Under the pieces are notes generated by a model that saw nothing but the letters and a program-made list of their open reading frames with translations, had not been told where the DNA came from and did no database searches. This document shows positions 13,239 through 27,309 of a stretch of DNA of 64,000 nucleotides, one piece after another. A program made the position numbers and the translations under genes. How positions within the stretch are numbered: position 1 is the first letter of the stretch; every line of letters begins with the position of its first letter. The DNA comes from Veleropilina oligotropha (Eukaryota): the NCBI GenBank assembly GCA_048128005.1, contig JBEUKZ010000008.1, forward strand, positions 1 to 64,000. Direction: 5' to 3'.

Positions 13239-15889
13239 AAACACTAGCAGTCTTCATTGATTTCGAAAAAGCATACGACATGATTTGGCATGAAGGGCTC
13301 AAAGAAAAAATTAAAAACTTAAGTATTACAGGCAAGATGCTAAATTGGATAGGTAATTTTTGGGAAGATAGGAAAATAAATGTAAGAGTCGAAAACTCAA
13401 GATCGGAAGATTACGATCTAGAAAACGGTACGCCACAAGGTAGTGTAATCAGTCCAACTCTTTTCAACATAATGATTAATGACTTAGATAAAACTATGGT
13501 AGAAAACAAAACGACAAAATCATCATTGTTTGCAGACGATAGCGCGATATGGAACTCGAATAAAAATGTTAAAAAACTAGACGACAGAATGAACGAAAAC
13601 CGTAAATTAATTCATAAATGGTCAAACGAATGGGGATTTAAAATATCCGAATCAAAAACGGTAGGAGTACTCTTTTCTAAAGGTAGACAGTACATTAAAC
13701 CTACATTAATACTGAATAACAAGCAATTGAAAATTGAAGACAGAGCTACATTCCTAGGAATGACATTTGATCGTAAATTAACTTGGCATGCCCACATTAA
13801 TCAACTCATCAATAATTGCAATAAAATGCTCAACCTCATGAGATGCGTCTCTGGTAACGACTGGGGAGCAGATAGACAAACTTTAACACTTCTATATAAA
13901 GCCTTAATTATGTCAAGAATAGACTACGGCTGTCAGGCATACGGTTCAGCTAAACCACATCTTTTAAAGATAATAGAGAACATTCAAAACCAAGCCTTAA
14001 GAATAATTACAGGAGCATTTAAATCAACTCCAATAGCCAGTCTTGAAGTAGAAGCAAATATCAAACCCCTGGAACTACGTAGGAAAGAAATGACGCTTAA
14101 CTACTTGGCCAAAACTAAATCTCAAGTAGAAACCAATCCCGCGGATAAATTAGACACTAACTGCAATGCCTTCCAAAAAATAGAATACAATAAACGGTAC
14201 GTAGATCGACCACCGTACGGATTGATAACACGAAGATACAATCAAGAACTAAAACTCGATAAATTAAATATTGCTCAAAGCGAACCTGCAGATAAACCGC
14301 CTTGGCAACATAACCCTGTTAAATCATCAATACAACTTATAGTCACATGATAAAGAAGGATGAGCCAGCTCTAAATATAAAAGCCACGACCCAAACTTTC
14401 ATAGATGAAAAATTGAATGGATATTTAAAAGTTTTTACAGACGGGTCAAAGGACCCCGAAATGTCACAAACGTCCGCAGCAGTGGTAATCCCAGAGTTAA
14501 AAGTAGATAAATCATTCAAACTATCAAACAACTTATCTGTGTATAGCACAGAACTGGTAGCTATTGAAAAAGCATTGGAAATAATCCACATAATTGAACC
14601 AACAAAAGTTGTAATTATGTCAGACTCCCTAAGTGGACTTCAGTCTCTTCAACCTTCAAAATGTTCAACAAGACCAGATCTAATCAATAAAATCAAATCA
14701 TTAAATGATTCCCTTTTTGATAAAGGAATAGATATAAATCTTGAATGTATCCCAGCCCACGTAGGCATTTTAGGCAATGAAATGGCAGACACAGCAGCAA
14801 AAAAGGGAATGACAAACCCAGATTACACTCTAAATAATATCCCGCTTAGCCACAACGAAGTCAAAAGCATAGTCAGAACTCACATTAACAATGAGTGGCA
14901 AGATCGTTGGAATCATCATAACAAACCAATTAAGATGCAAACTAGTAAACTTGAAAGCAAAACAATAACGCGCCTCCGACTCGGGCATTCAGGTCTACTA
15001 GCGCATAGATACAAAATTAAATCTTGTGAATCACCAAAATGTCCCCATTGCGACTTTCCAGAAACAGTCGATCATTACCTGTTAGAATGTCCCGCACATA
15101 TAAATGAAAGACAAAAGCTTAAAGATACGTTAAAAACAGCTAATATACTTGAAATTGACAAAAAAACACTTCTAGCACCACGGTCACAGATGGATGGGCC
15201 GCACTAGGACACGTGGGCAATATCTATATTGTCACCTAATTAGTGTCTTTGTTTCTGAAAGTAGTCCCCCGTGGTCTAACTGCCAATATGGCCAGTTAGA
15301 CCACAGTGAAAGACAATAGGGTCATGGTTTAAAATCATTTTGACAACGTGACAACTGTTATACATAATAGACCTAACTATCAAATTCATGGTGCTGATTG
15401 TGCGAGTGCTGGTGTGAGGAAGCTGGCTAAGCTCAGACTTCATTCATTAACAAAATATACATGGCTAATTATGGAAAAATAACAAATAAATGTACCTAAT
15501 GTAGAAAGTATAAATTAACAATGTACATATGCTAACAAAACAAATATGATTAGTATTGAATGTATGCATTGTATTTATGTCCTGTAATTTACAACATTCG
15601 TTTTCAAGGCAGGACATGTCCATATTATCATGAGATGGATGGTTTGCAAAGTTAAACCCGTTCTGTCCGGCCAGCTACGGACAGCTGCAATTGACAATTG
15701 ATTGAGATCCACTCTTATTATTTTACACAATCGAACCAGTGATATCAGACTCGATACCACACGACAACCGGAGCGGCCAGCATAACTAATAGCACAGAAG
15801 AGGAGTGCCAAACATATATAGGAATATATATATATAAATAAGCCTATCATTAAAATAAATAGTAAAATAAAATCAATGTAAAAGTAGCA

Positions 15890-18800
15890 CTATTCAGTGA
15901 ATCGGCGAGTCTGTTTAATGTAGGTTTGTACTTCATTGAAAATAATCTTTTTGTCGCAAGAATTAAGTGTGGTACTGCCTCGTAATAAAAGATCGATGGT
16001 TATTTCGTTTGAACATATATATGAAATAGATCGTAATAATATGTTTCTCTGCATGATATAATTTTGACAATGAAGTAGAAAATGTGATGCATTTTCAATT
16101 GTCGAACCGCATAGACACATTGGATTATCTATAATATGATGTGCATATAAATCTCCGTTTAACCGGCTACATTCATTTCTCAAACATGTGTGGATGACAG
16201 AAAGATGTCGATCACCTGTATTGTACCACGGTGGAGGCGAATGTGTATATTTTAGTGACTGTTTAAATTCAAACAGTGTCTGGTAATTTCGATAGTTTGG
16301 AGATAGTTCATTCCAAAGTTCACAAGCTGGGGCGAGAAAGGATTTGCGCGTGAGTTGAAGTGAATAATTTGGAAGTACATAGTTTGTTCCATTACGTAAT
16401 GGGTATTGGCTTATATCTTGAACTCTGGGGGGAAGCAATTTCCATAAATATTCTGGTGTTAATTTATGCTGCATTTTATATAAAATTAGTAATTTTGACT
16501 TTTGCCTGCGTTTGCAAAGAGGTTCAATGTCGGTCTCTAGATATAACTTTTCCAAAGCTGTATATCTTGGGAGACCTGTAATGATTCTTAATACTTCGTT
16601 TTGCAGTTTGTCAAGTATGTCAGAGTCTCGCATAGAGCACCCATCCCATACTACCGAACAGTATTCTAGGACTGGTCGTATGTACGCTTTGTACATTTTG
16701 CTAAGTGTGCTTCTTTTAAGATTTGATTTCATTTTTCGTAAGGCTCCTACTTTTTTTGATGCATTGCTTGAAATATATTCTATGTGTTTTGTCCATTTAC
16801 CATCACTTGATATTATAACCCCTAAATGTTTATGTTCACAAACAAATTTATCAAGTGTGTTTTCGAATCTTAAGAGGGGTTTAGAATTTTGCCGTGTGAT
16901 TAGTAGCCCTTCTGTTTTAGTAGGGTTAAACTTTATTAACCATTGTTTTGCCCAAGCCGATACTGTTTTCAGATCCCTATTTAAAATATCTTCGATTTCT
17001 GTGAGGTTTTTAGAAATGTAGTATAATGAAGTGTCATCAGCAAACAACCGAGTGTCACTAGTTAATAAGGAGGGCAAATCATTTATGTAAACGAGAAAGA
17101 GTAACGGACCTAGGACCGATCCTTGTGGGACACCTGCGTTTGTATATCTTGAAGCAGAGAGCGCATTACCTATTCTAACTCTTTGTGTCCGATTTCCTAA
17201 ATATGATTTTATCCAACTTAGCAAAGTTCCTGATAAGCCATATTGTTCGAGTTTAAATAGTAAACCCTTGTGCCATACTCGATCAAAGGCCTTAGAAATG
17301 TCAAAGAAGATAAAACAAATATGTTGTTTCTCTTCAAGAGCACTGCATATAGAATTGTATATATCTATTAATTGGTAAGTTGTACAGTGTCCTGGTAAGA
17401 AACCTGATTGACACGGATATATTATATCGTTTGCTAAAAAATAATTATGTATATATTTGTGTACCACCCGTTCGAAAAGTTTGCCTAAAGTACTTAGTAT
17501 TGATATAGGTCTGTAATTTGTACAGTTAGCCTTATCACCTTTTTAAAAAATTGGGGTGATGTAAGCTTCTTTCCAACAAACAGGGAATTCTGCTTCAGAC
17601 ATAGATTTTTGAAATATGATAGACAGTGGAGCCGAAATTGATGACTTTACCGGTTTAATCATTTTGTGTGTGATCAAATCATGTCCAGCGGCCTTATTTA
17701 CTGGCAGTACAGATATGATATCTTCAATGTCTTTTCGGTGTATCGGAATATTATTCAATCGACTATCAGTGTGGTAAGTCAATGTTGGAACGTTGGCGTT
17801 TGAATCGTCGACGTCCGATATATCGGCAAAATAGTCATTTAGACAATTTGCCTTTTCTAAGTCAGTATATGCAAGTTGGTTGCCGCGAACAAGGGGTGGA
17901 ATTGTGCTTTGAAGATTTTTATTCATGTGTGATTTAACTACCTTCCAAAAGGTCTTAGAATCATTTCTTATATCATTATTAAGTATTTTATTAATTTCAC
18001 TATCGTGGTTTATTTTGTGGAATTCTGTTTTCTATATCTAACCCAGTCCTGCTCTCGGCCTGTTGTAATAGCATGACGTCGAAATCTGTCTCTTTTTCTA
18101 GAAGATTTTCTAATCTCCGTATTATACCAGGGCTTGTCATTTGGTCTAATTACCACGTTTTTTGTTGGTATGCACTTTTCAGCAATTTCAAATAGATTTG
18201 AATAAAAAATTTCACAGGCGTCGTTTATGTTACGATTTCTGAGAAGTATTTCCCAATTTTTAGCGTTTATTTCGTTATTAAATAATTCGATGTTAGTTTG
18301 TTTGTAAATCCAAATGTTTCTAACATACGATTTATTTCTTGAGTATCCGCTTCTAATAATCGCACTTGTGGCATAATGATCACTGTAATTTAACTTTATC
18401 ACATCTGAATCTAGTACAGGACAATCTTCATTAACTATAATTGGGTCAATTAATTTAGCCGTGGTTTCGGTCACCCGGGTTGGTTCAGTAATTATGTTTC
18501 TGAGATGAAATATGTTTAATAAGTCATTTAGTCTCGTGTTGTTGGGATTTAGCAAGTCTTCGTTTATGTCTCCAATAATCATTATATGTGTGGAGGAGTC
18601 CAAAGCTTTGGATATCATATCCTCCAGTATTAGCCAAAAGGAAAGGGGCCTGTTTGGTGGACGATACAGTATGCAAAGGAGTAGGTTTTAACTTTTTAGA
18701 TTTAATTCTATCCAAATGATTTCTGCGTCTTCACTTTCTAAATCCGGTCTACGTTTGTATAATAAATTATTTTTTATATATACTGCAACGCCCCCACCGT

Positions 18801-19275
18801 GTCTATTCCGGTCTCTTCTCTCTGGGTCATAATAATCGGTGATAGTTATAGTATCTGTGGGAATACTGTCGTTTAGATGCGTTTCAGTGAAACATACAAT
18901 ATCAAAGTACTTTACCTGATCAATTAGTTCTTCTAGTTTGTTTGGTAAACTACGTATATTCAAATGAAACACGGATATGCTTGAATTTTCAACATTCAAA
19001 TTTGTCGGGCCAGGGTTTGTTTCAACGTCGCCTGACAATAACAGTAAAGATAATAATAAAACAGTTAAATGAACATTTGGGCACAATGATTTGACAAACA
19101 AAACATAGACGAACAGAAGCGATGTTATGTAATACATGATTATAATTTCATTCATGCCAATGTATTTTTCCTTTGGTACTTGCTTTCTTGCGCATAGTTT
19201 ATTATTGTAGAGGCCTACTGATACACGGTGTTGCATGTAACTATTACCAATTTTCGTATAAATTATGTAAATCAC
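15890..19275 (-). pseudogene. LINE ORF2 (EN-RT), broken by several frameshifts
   Basis: Consecutive ORF fragments carry the APE and RT motifs in the expected order. Confidence 0.85.
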
Positions 19276-19674
19276 ATAGAAGCAACATTAATATTTGTGT
19301 ATCAGTAGGAATTAACAAGAAATATTCATATTTCTGTACCATACTGGTATAGCATAAGTCGTGAGCATATTTAAGATGAAACCAGCAGTGCAGTGAGTGC
19401 AGGTGAGAAGTGGTTTTGGTTAGAAAGATAAGTGTAGTAATTGTATACACCATAGTAATAAAACGACAGTTCATGTTAGTTGCAGAATTGTCAACCTCGT
19501 CAGAAGATACAACGTGCAGTGTAATTATTATTTATTCGGTTAGAATGAGGATATTTATATTTGGTTTCTTAAAAATATACCGATACCGATATGAAGAAAT
19601 TAAGCCAATGTTGTTAGCATTATTGTAGTTAGCCAACGTATTGTATACAAAACTCGATTACGCAACAGTAAAAT

Positions 19675-20631
19675 TTAACTTTGCTTGGAGTTCGAGTGGC
19701 GTCTGGACGATAGTCGGTTGGTCCGAATCATTGATCTTGAAGAATATCTTGCCGTCGGTTGTCCAAAAATTCTTGATATTTCCTTTTTTCGCTGGGTTAA
19801 TAGTACTCGGATCATCGAGTGCCGGATGGATGTCAGGTCCTCTGTAACAAATATTCTGTCTGGGTCGTTCTTTAGTAGAATTTTGGATTTGTAGATTGCT
19901 CTTTTACTACCATAACTTGCAAATTTGCAAATTATTTGTGTTTTGTTATTGTTAGAGTAGTGACATCTATCAATGTCCGAGTCCCCGAGGTTTATCTTTA
20001 GTTTGGAGTTTGCGACTCGAATAACTGCCTGGGTTGGTGTCTCGTCTCGATGAACAGGTATGCCATGGAAGCGTAAGCTTTGTCTTCGAGAATAGTGTTC
20101 TAGAGCATCAATCTTATCGTGTAGATTTTGGTCGGAATTGGTTTCCGATTTGGTTGCATTCAATTTATCTTCCAAAACTTTGCATTTTATTTCCAAATTT
20201 TTGATATTTGATTCAAGGCTAGCTATTTTCTCGGTATTTCCGGTTATTGTGTCAAGGATGGAGGATACCGTTACCGTTAACTTTTCCATGTTTTGAGCAA
20301 TGGGATCGATTTTTTTATTTAACGTTTCTTCCAAAGTAATCCTGATGCTATTAATCAGGGCAGGTTGCAGTTTTTCTATTATTGTGGGAATAATTTGTCC
20401 CAAAACTAAACTGCTCTCAAATGTTTTTACGGCAATATCTGCCAGCTCTGTTGTCGATTCCATTAACAATGCTTGGGGAATAGACGGAAAAGAATTCCGG
20501 CGACGAGTTGGTGGATTCTCGTTGGCAGTTTCAAAGTTTGTGTCGCTCAATTTTCTGGTCGTCATAATTCTAATTAACAGACAATAGACCTTTATTGGTA
20601 ACCCCGTTAAACGCTCGGGCTGCTTGTCCAC
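19675..20631 (-). CDS. LINE ORF1 protein (coiled coil plus RRM-like domain)
   Basis: Coiled coil, then LEHYSRRQSLRFHGIP, DIDRCH, IICKF, FVTEDLT; the 3' end is probably frameshifted. Confidence 0.8.
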   Translation of the reverse strand: MDKQPERLTGLPIKVYCLLIRIMTTRKLSDTNFETANENPPTRRRNSFPSIPQALLMESTTELADIAVKTFESSLVLGQIIPTIIEKLQPALINSIRITLEETLNKKIDPIAQNMEKLTVTVSSILDTITGNTEKIASLESNIKNLEIKCKVLEDKLNATKSETNSDQNLHDKIDALEHYSRRQSLRFHGIPVHRDETPTQAVIRVANSKLKINLGDSDIDRCHYSNNNKTQIICKFASYGSKRAIYKSKILLKNDPDRIFVTEDLTSIRHSMIRVLLTQRKKEISRIFGQPTARYSSRSMIRTNRLSSRRHSNSKQS

Positions 20632-21229
20632 CGAGTTGAGAATATATTGTGATTTTCGTGCGTTTGTTTTATGGAGTTTGTTGTCATAAAATCGTCATGT
20701 AAGCAAATAGTTCATTCCAATTTCACAATATTTTCACTGAATTATAGTGTCTACACGACTGAATATACTAAATGTTGACGCATTTGAATAGCGACGCTAT
20801 ATAATTCTGAACTATAATATCAGCAATGGCGAATAATGATTTACCTTTGTTTACATTTCCTCTGCTATGACTGCAAACAAATATGGATAAATATCTTCAT
20901 TCATCAATTTAGTCCATTTTCAACAGTTGGCATGGTTATGGCTGTCTTTCTTTTCAGCACGTGTACCAGGTGACAAAGAGGTGGCGGGTTTTAAATCATT
21001 ATTTCGCTCGGTTAAGATGAGCTCGCAAATACACGTCTGACACAGTCGCCATCTTTTTCATTCCCTGTATCCTACCAGAGTTAAATAATGCATGAAAGTT
21101 TAAAAGTATAACTTACATGTTTTATGTATTATAATACCCTGATTTAATGAAATGAACAATGCAAAACTTAGAGCAATTCCAAATCTTATCTGGATGATAG
21201 AACATGTGAGGTTTTTACATTGTAACGTC

Positions 21230-21910
21230 CGCGACACACTTTGGCCATTAATATTTCTGAACGGTGTGGTAAATGAAACAACGAATTTCTCGATGGACAT
21301 TGTGTTGTCAACGTAAGCTCCTAAATTTCTTACAAATTCGCTGGAGTTTATTTCTGTTGTACCGACATGTAAGTTTACATCTTCGGCCTTTGTGATGTTG
21401 TTTCTTGAACCAAATATAATAAACTCAGTTTGATCATCATTGAGTTTCAGCATGTGTGTGCACATTCACTGTTTGATCTCTTGCCTTGACGGAGCTTTTT
21501 GGGATCAAATGCAACATATATTTGACTGTCATCTGCATAGAAATGATAGAACCGATTGTATTTGGAGGCGATCTCTGCTACGGGCGTGACGTGACATACA
21601 TCGAAAACATAATAGGTCCCAAGACGGAACCTTGTAGCACACCGTAAGGGAGAGAGGCCAGGTCACATTTCATGCCATTTATGATGTCGGTTTGCTTTCG
21701 CACATGTAGATATGACTTAATTCATGTAAGCGCTGATTTCTTGATTCCAAAGTACACGGTCAGTCGATTAAACAGAATTGTGTGGTCAATTGTTTCGAAG
21801 TCTGCACTCAGGTAAAGCAATGCGAGAGCAACCATTGATTTCCGATGAAGAGATTGAAGGATGCCATTATGTACCTTTAAAAATGCTGTTTCTGTGGAGT
21901 GAAACTACTC
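21230..21910 (-). pseudogene. Decayed L2-type RT fragment
   Basis: The minus strand reads HSTETAFLKV, LSADFETIDH, GVLQGSVLGP, FYADD, LKLNDDQTEFIIFGS and VRNLG, with stops. Confidence 0.75.
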
Positions 21911-23007
21911 CAACAACGTTAGAGCCTGCTATAGTTCCTAATATCAGACTCTAACGGCTGAGCTAAAATTTCTCATCGCAGAATAATCTCAAGGTGAAAA
22001 TCACATCCTGTGGCGAAAAATACTAAATTTCAATAAAGTAACTACAGTTTATCACTTACTTGAATCGGCATATGTTCCTTTATACAAAATTTCATCACAT
22101 GCTGCCCCAATTTTGTTACCTTAACACCGAAAACTATGTTGGAACACAAAACGGACGGTTTTTAACTTTCACAATGTAAGCAGAAGACGGTCGCTATTTT
22201 GGGACGTTAGCGTTACGTTGTCATTAAATCCACCAATCAAAATCATTAGCCTATTCTTCGTATAGATGGCGCGACCGAGGAGGAAAATACCGTCAACAAG
22301 TTTGACGGTTAAACATTGACAAATAATACTGTTTTATCATACATTATAACAACAAAATCAATAAAAACTAACAGGTATGTGTATATTCATGCATATTTAT
22401 ACAATTTATGTATTTACTGTTTGTTTCACTGTATTTTTAATAAGTAATTTGATCCAAAACCTTCCCGACGGATTTCGTCGGGAACCTGCTCGTCATAACT
22501 GGTGCTTGGGAGATATGAGCTAGGGTTGGGAAGGCACGTCATGTGATGATAACTGATTTTATACTTTAGCATGAGCCTTCCTTATGATGTTCTGAATATA
22601 TCCTGAAAGTATTAGAAAATTCTACGGCGCGGTTTTTCTGAAATTTGCATTTTGGGATTTAGAAAATTCACTTCTGCATCAAGTTTTGACTTCAAATGTG
22701 AATAACTCCGAAACTGTCTGATAACTTTTTTTCTACTTCGGCATGAGCTTTCCTTATAATGTTCTTAACATATCCTGAAATTATAAGAAAATTCTGTCAC
22801 GGTTTTTCTGAAATTCACATTTTGGGACTTAGAAAATCCACTTCTGCATCAAGTTTTGACTTTAAATGTGAATAACTCCGAAACTGTCTGATAATTTTTT
22901 TTGTTAATGGGCATGAGCCTTCCTTATGATGTGTTTAACTTATCCTGTGAATATTAGAAAAAAATACGTCCGCATTTGCTGAAATTCGGAATTTGGACTT
23001 TGTCGAG

Positions 23008-23228
23008 GTTCAAGGCAGGACATGTCCGTGTTATCGTGGGAGGAAAATCCGGTCCCCCGGGTAAACCCGCCCTCTTCGGCCAGTCACGGACAACTGTGAT
23101 TCATAACTTGAACAGATGTGTGATGCCTCAGCCAGGCATTGAACCCACTACTGTTCGCATTAGCGGAATCAAGCCAGTGAATTTAGAGTGGAAACTCTTA
23201 CCCACTGCACTGCCGAAGCGGCCGCATT
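23008..23228 (-). mobile_element. tRNA-derived SINE-like element
   Basis: The minus strand has an A-box-like GGCAGTGCAGTGG and a B-box-like GGTTCAATGCC; related copies lie at 1546-2397 and ~15600-15782. Confidence 0.55.
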
Positions 23229-23400
23229 TATTGAGTGATTATTAATACCAAACCATTTCAGATGAATAACACACATGTTGTTATAGACGGAAAGTTTAAA
23301 AAGTATTATTTTTAGCTCCACTGTGATGTAGTCAGCGGAGCTTTACTGATACCGCTTTGTCCGGCGTCTGGCGGCGTCAACTTTTGACTTGAAATGTGAA

Positions 23401-24344
23401 TACTGTAAATCAACAAAAATTCACGAATACTTAATTTCGTGAATATCGACTATGTGAACAATTCGCGTATATTTAATTTCGCGTATCCTAGTAAGAGAAG
23501 TTATATTTTTTCAACATACAATTTCCATATACAGTAGGTACCATAATCTGCAAAGAGTAAATTACTCCATTGAATCCTTTTGTTAGTGGTCAGTGGTCAC
23601 CATTGAACGAGTGGGATAGTAAATATCACGGTCACGTGAGACATTCACTTGCACACTTGAATAATCGGATTATATGACAACACATAGCCAAATCAATTAA
23701 CGGCAGAAACTAGTAACAAACCAGTACTTTTAATATTAAACGTTTAACGAGATGATGTATAGATGCGGACTGATAGGATTAATTAACAATAGCACGTGTT
23801 GCATAAAGAAACCTATTGATTGACGGACGTGCAGACTGATGAATATATTTTGGGACTGCATGAAATTGAATGTTTCTAAAGTAAATGTTATGTTTATACA
23901 ACATTTTGTTATTTATTGCAAAGGCCGAAATAGGACTATTATTTATTCGCATAAGTAACATTTGTTTAACAATCGCAAGATTACGACAATGATAAACCAA
24001 CAGATCAGCTTATGGTCCATCCGGGTACTCTAGCAATGGCGTTCAGCAAGAAATAGATATATCGGATTACAATTTTAAATTTTCTCGCTTATTAAAGCTG
24101 TATTTTGATCCATTTTGGAGTAGGGTACCTATACCACATATATTATGAGACGAATTACATGCAAATTTTATTAAATATATGCTGAATCTTACCATTTTGT
24201 TTGTGTGTTGACACAGCATACTTATATCTGATAATATTTCGTATATTAGTGACATAATTTTGCGAGATTTTTAATTTCGCCAAATGCGTGACATGCGAAA
24301 TACGCGAACGTAAATTGCCCGTGACATTTTCTTGATTTACAGTA
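23401..24344. mobile_element. TA-flanked MITE (Tc1/mariner-type ends)
   Basis: TACTGTAAATCAA ... TTGATTTACAGTA, interrupting the 170-bp host repeat. Confidence 0.7.
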
Positions 24345-24483
24345 CCTTGAAACTGTCTGATAACTTTTTTTACTTTCGCATGAGCCTTCCTTATGATGTT
24401 CTGAACATTTATTGAAAATATTAGGAAATTCTCCGTCTCGGTTTTTCCGAAATTTACCTTTTTAGACTTGGAAAATCCACTTA

Positions 24484-24880
24484 GGCCAAATAAAATTAAT
24501 TGTGTGTTTCCCGTAACCTACCTACCCTAATATTTTAGGCCCGACCCTAACAATTTTATTGGCATTTGTCATTTTTTTGCGATCCTAATTTTTCATGCAC
24601 CAGCCTATCGCTGGTCTGTTTTTCGTACACCCAACTGCGTACACCAAACGTAATATCTCTCGCCATCTCAGTGTAACGCAACAGGAGATAACTCTTGTGA
24701 CTATAATATGTACATTAAAATTACAATGTATATTGTATATAATGAGCATAATGTTCGTTTTATATAAATTAGATCAATTTTAAAAAATAATAATTTTCAA
24801 AATAAAGTTTTTTTCCCTATCTACCTACCCTATTTTTTTCTGTCTCGTTACTGGAAACACATAATTAATTTTATTTGGCC
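24484..24880. mobile_element. PIF/Harbinger-type MITE
   Basis: TIRs GGCCAAATAAAATTAATT..TGTGTTTCC and its reverse complement; TTA on both sides. Confidence 0.8.
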
Positions 24881-25138
24881 TTATGCGACCAGTTTTGCCT
24901 TCAAATGTGAATATCTCTGAAACTGTCTGATAACTTTTTTGCTTAATTGGCATGAGCCTTCCTTGTGATGTATTTAAACTTGTCATGTAAATATGAAAAA
25001 TATGTACGTCCCAGTTTCTCTGACATTCGGAATTTGGACTTAGTCAATGTTATTACTTGGGGAAGTGGTGCCCAAATTTCTAAAATTGTTTGCCTATGTT
25101 GACGAACCCTTTTCAGCAGAGATCTATAGGTCGAGAAG

Positions 25139-26051
25139 AGTAGTATTCATGCCTGTTTATCCATATGACCTTTTGACCTACATACGACCCCGAGGTGCCC
25201 TTGAATGTAGGTCAGGGGGCGTGTCTAGGGAGGGTATGGGGTGACCTTGTGGTGACCTCGCACTACCCCTGAGTCATTGTCTACTGAGACAAAGGACCAC
25301 CTGCCACATAATATGAGCCATTCTCCCCTGACTCATATCTAAAAAATAGCAGAACAGTCTCCTGTGGAATTATAGGCCATATTGAGGGTATGGGGGAATT
25401 ATTAACCAATCAGATTACTGGGATTTATAACTTGTATCGAGTGTATGGGCGACCTTGTGGTGACCTCGCACTAACCCTGAGTCATTGTCTACTGAGACAA
25501 ATGACCACCTGCCTGTCAAATGTAATAGTCTATATGGAATAAGGATAATAAATTTTGTAGATAGATATTTATTTTCCATGTACAGACATGTTTTAATAAA
25601 TTAATGGGATTCCGAGTCAATACTTGATGGTGATATTGTATTATATATATATATATAGATATATAATACATAGGCAAAGTGTCTCTTGTGAAATTATACC
25701 AAGTATGATGGAAATGTGTCATCATAACTAAAATAGCCAAGACATGTATGGGCATGTTCTATTAATATTAGTTCACATAATATGAGCCATTATCCCCTGA
25801 CTCATATCTAAAAATAGCAGAACAGTCTCCTGTGGAATTATAGGCCATATTGAGGGTATGGGGGAATTATTAACCAATCAGATTACTGGGATTTATAACT
25901 TACATCGAGGGTATGGGGGCCCAAAATAGCAACTGACATCAATCTATGATATCATGGTCTAAAAATAGCCTTTTAACTCTATATAAAGTGAGCCGATATC
26001 ATCCTTCAGAAAGATTTCTGTGCGCAATCCTGTAAGATGGCAACTCCAGCT
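25139..26051 (+). repeat. Maverick left TIR (913 bp)
   Basis: Reverse complement of 40691-41603; the ORF track shows an identical 79-aa ORF in both. Confidence 0.95.
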
Positions 26052-26427
26052 AATAAAAATCACAAACACCATTGAAATGTCACAGGACTTGGAAGACACC
26101 ACATTCAGTGATTATTCAAGGACTTTTATACAAAGTAAGTATACCATATATTATGTTCTTACCTACTCTGAGCATAATCCATGTAGTCCAGTAGTTTGTG
26201 GTGAACAGAAGAGTATTTGATGGGCAAGGTTTGTTAACAGTTTGCTAACAAATGCATCTTGCCCCGAGAGAGCAAACAAACAGAGTAACATTGGCCGATA
26301 CACTTTATACTGCTCTAATGCTGCCATTGAAATAGCATGGCCTTAAACCATTAAGTAAATAAACATTTTGACCCACAAGGAAAGCTGGACCATCAATGCG
26401 ACCATTAGAAAGACTGATTTATTTGAA

Positions 26428-26488
<61 letters not shown>

Positions 26489-26642
26489 ACATTGCAATGG
26501 ATATAAAAATGTAGTCTTATACATAAGCATCAATAATAAACAATGAATAGTCCTTATTAAGTAATAAACTTATGTCGTTTTTAGTACTGTCACTCATAAT
26601 ATTAATAATATAAGAACAGACAGTTTGATACAAGTGATTAAA

Positions 26643-26696
<54 letters not shown>

Positions 26697-26939
26697 TGGT
26701 ACAAACAGCTTATATTTTGAGAGTTACACCGCTATTTTGTTGATATCATGCATATAAAACCAATGTGGTCAGGTTGTAGTATAATATTGTTTTAATATAA
26801 TGTCACGTTAATCACCGTGTATAACATTTCATGTATTAAGATTCCAGTTAAATGACATTTTTGCGTTTTATTTCATTGTATTATAACTGATGAAATCATT
26901 TCGATTTACTTTATTTAATGCGATAGCTCTAATGCTGAT

Positions 26940-27008
<69 letters not shown>

Positions 27009-27252
27009 GTACTATGAGTGGGCAAGGTTTGTTAACAGTTTGCTAACAAATGCATCTTGCCCCGGAGAGAGCAAACAAACTTGCCTGGAGCAAGCAAACA
27101 AAGAGAATAAACATTGGCCGATACACTGTATACTGGTCTAATGCTGCCATTGAAATTGGCAGGCCTGTCATTAGTCATTAAGTAAATAAACATTTTGACC
27201 CACAAGGAAAGCTGGACCATCAATGCGACCATTAGAAAGACTGATTTATTTG

Positions 27253-27309
<57 letters not shown>

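Larger units (their letters stand above)
15438..21057 (-). mobile_element. Near full-length CR1/L2-type LINE (ORF1 plus frameshifted ORF2)
   Basis: 5' end AAGATGGCG. ORF1 19675-20631. ORF2 fragments 18688-19275 (2A-like motif, NIRSL, FTETHL, GGGVAVY), 18010-18618, 17543-17926 and 15890-17467 (GVPQGSVLGP, FADD). Short AATG-type tail near 15440. Confidence 0.85.
22545..25138 (+). repeat. HINE-like elements with a ~170-bp core repeat; the same family continues at 41929-42412 and 43600-43636
   Basis: Recurrent unit CATGAGCCTTCCTTATGATG...GAAACTGTCTGATAACTTTTT; 5' hairpin TAGCTCC..GAGCT at ~23312 and ~41930. Confidence 0.7.

Noticed and set aside
25516..25755. Identical 79-aa ORF here and at 40987-41226
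   Set aside because: The identity only reflects the TIR duplication; the sequence is AT-rich with no recognisable motif.
26077..26134. Coding first exon (MSQDLEDTTFSDYSRTFIQ) of pPolB
   Set aside because: Its phase-1 donor is out of frame with the exon at 28832 and reaches a stop; at most a uORF in a 5' UTR exon.
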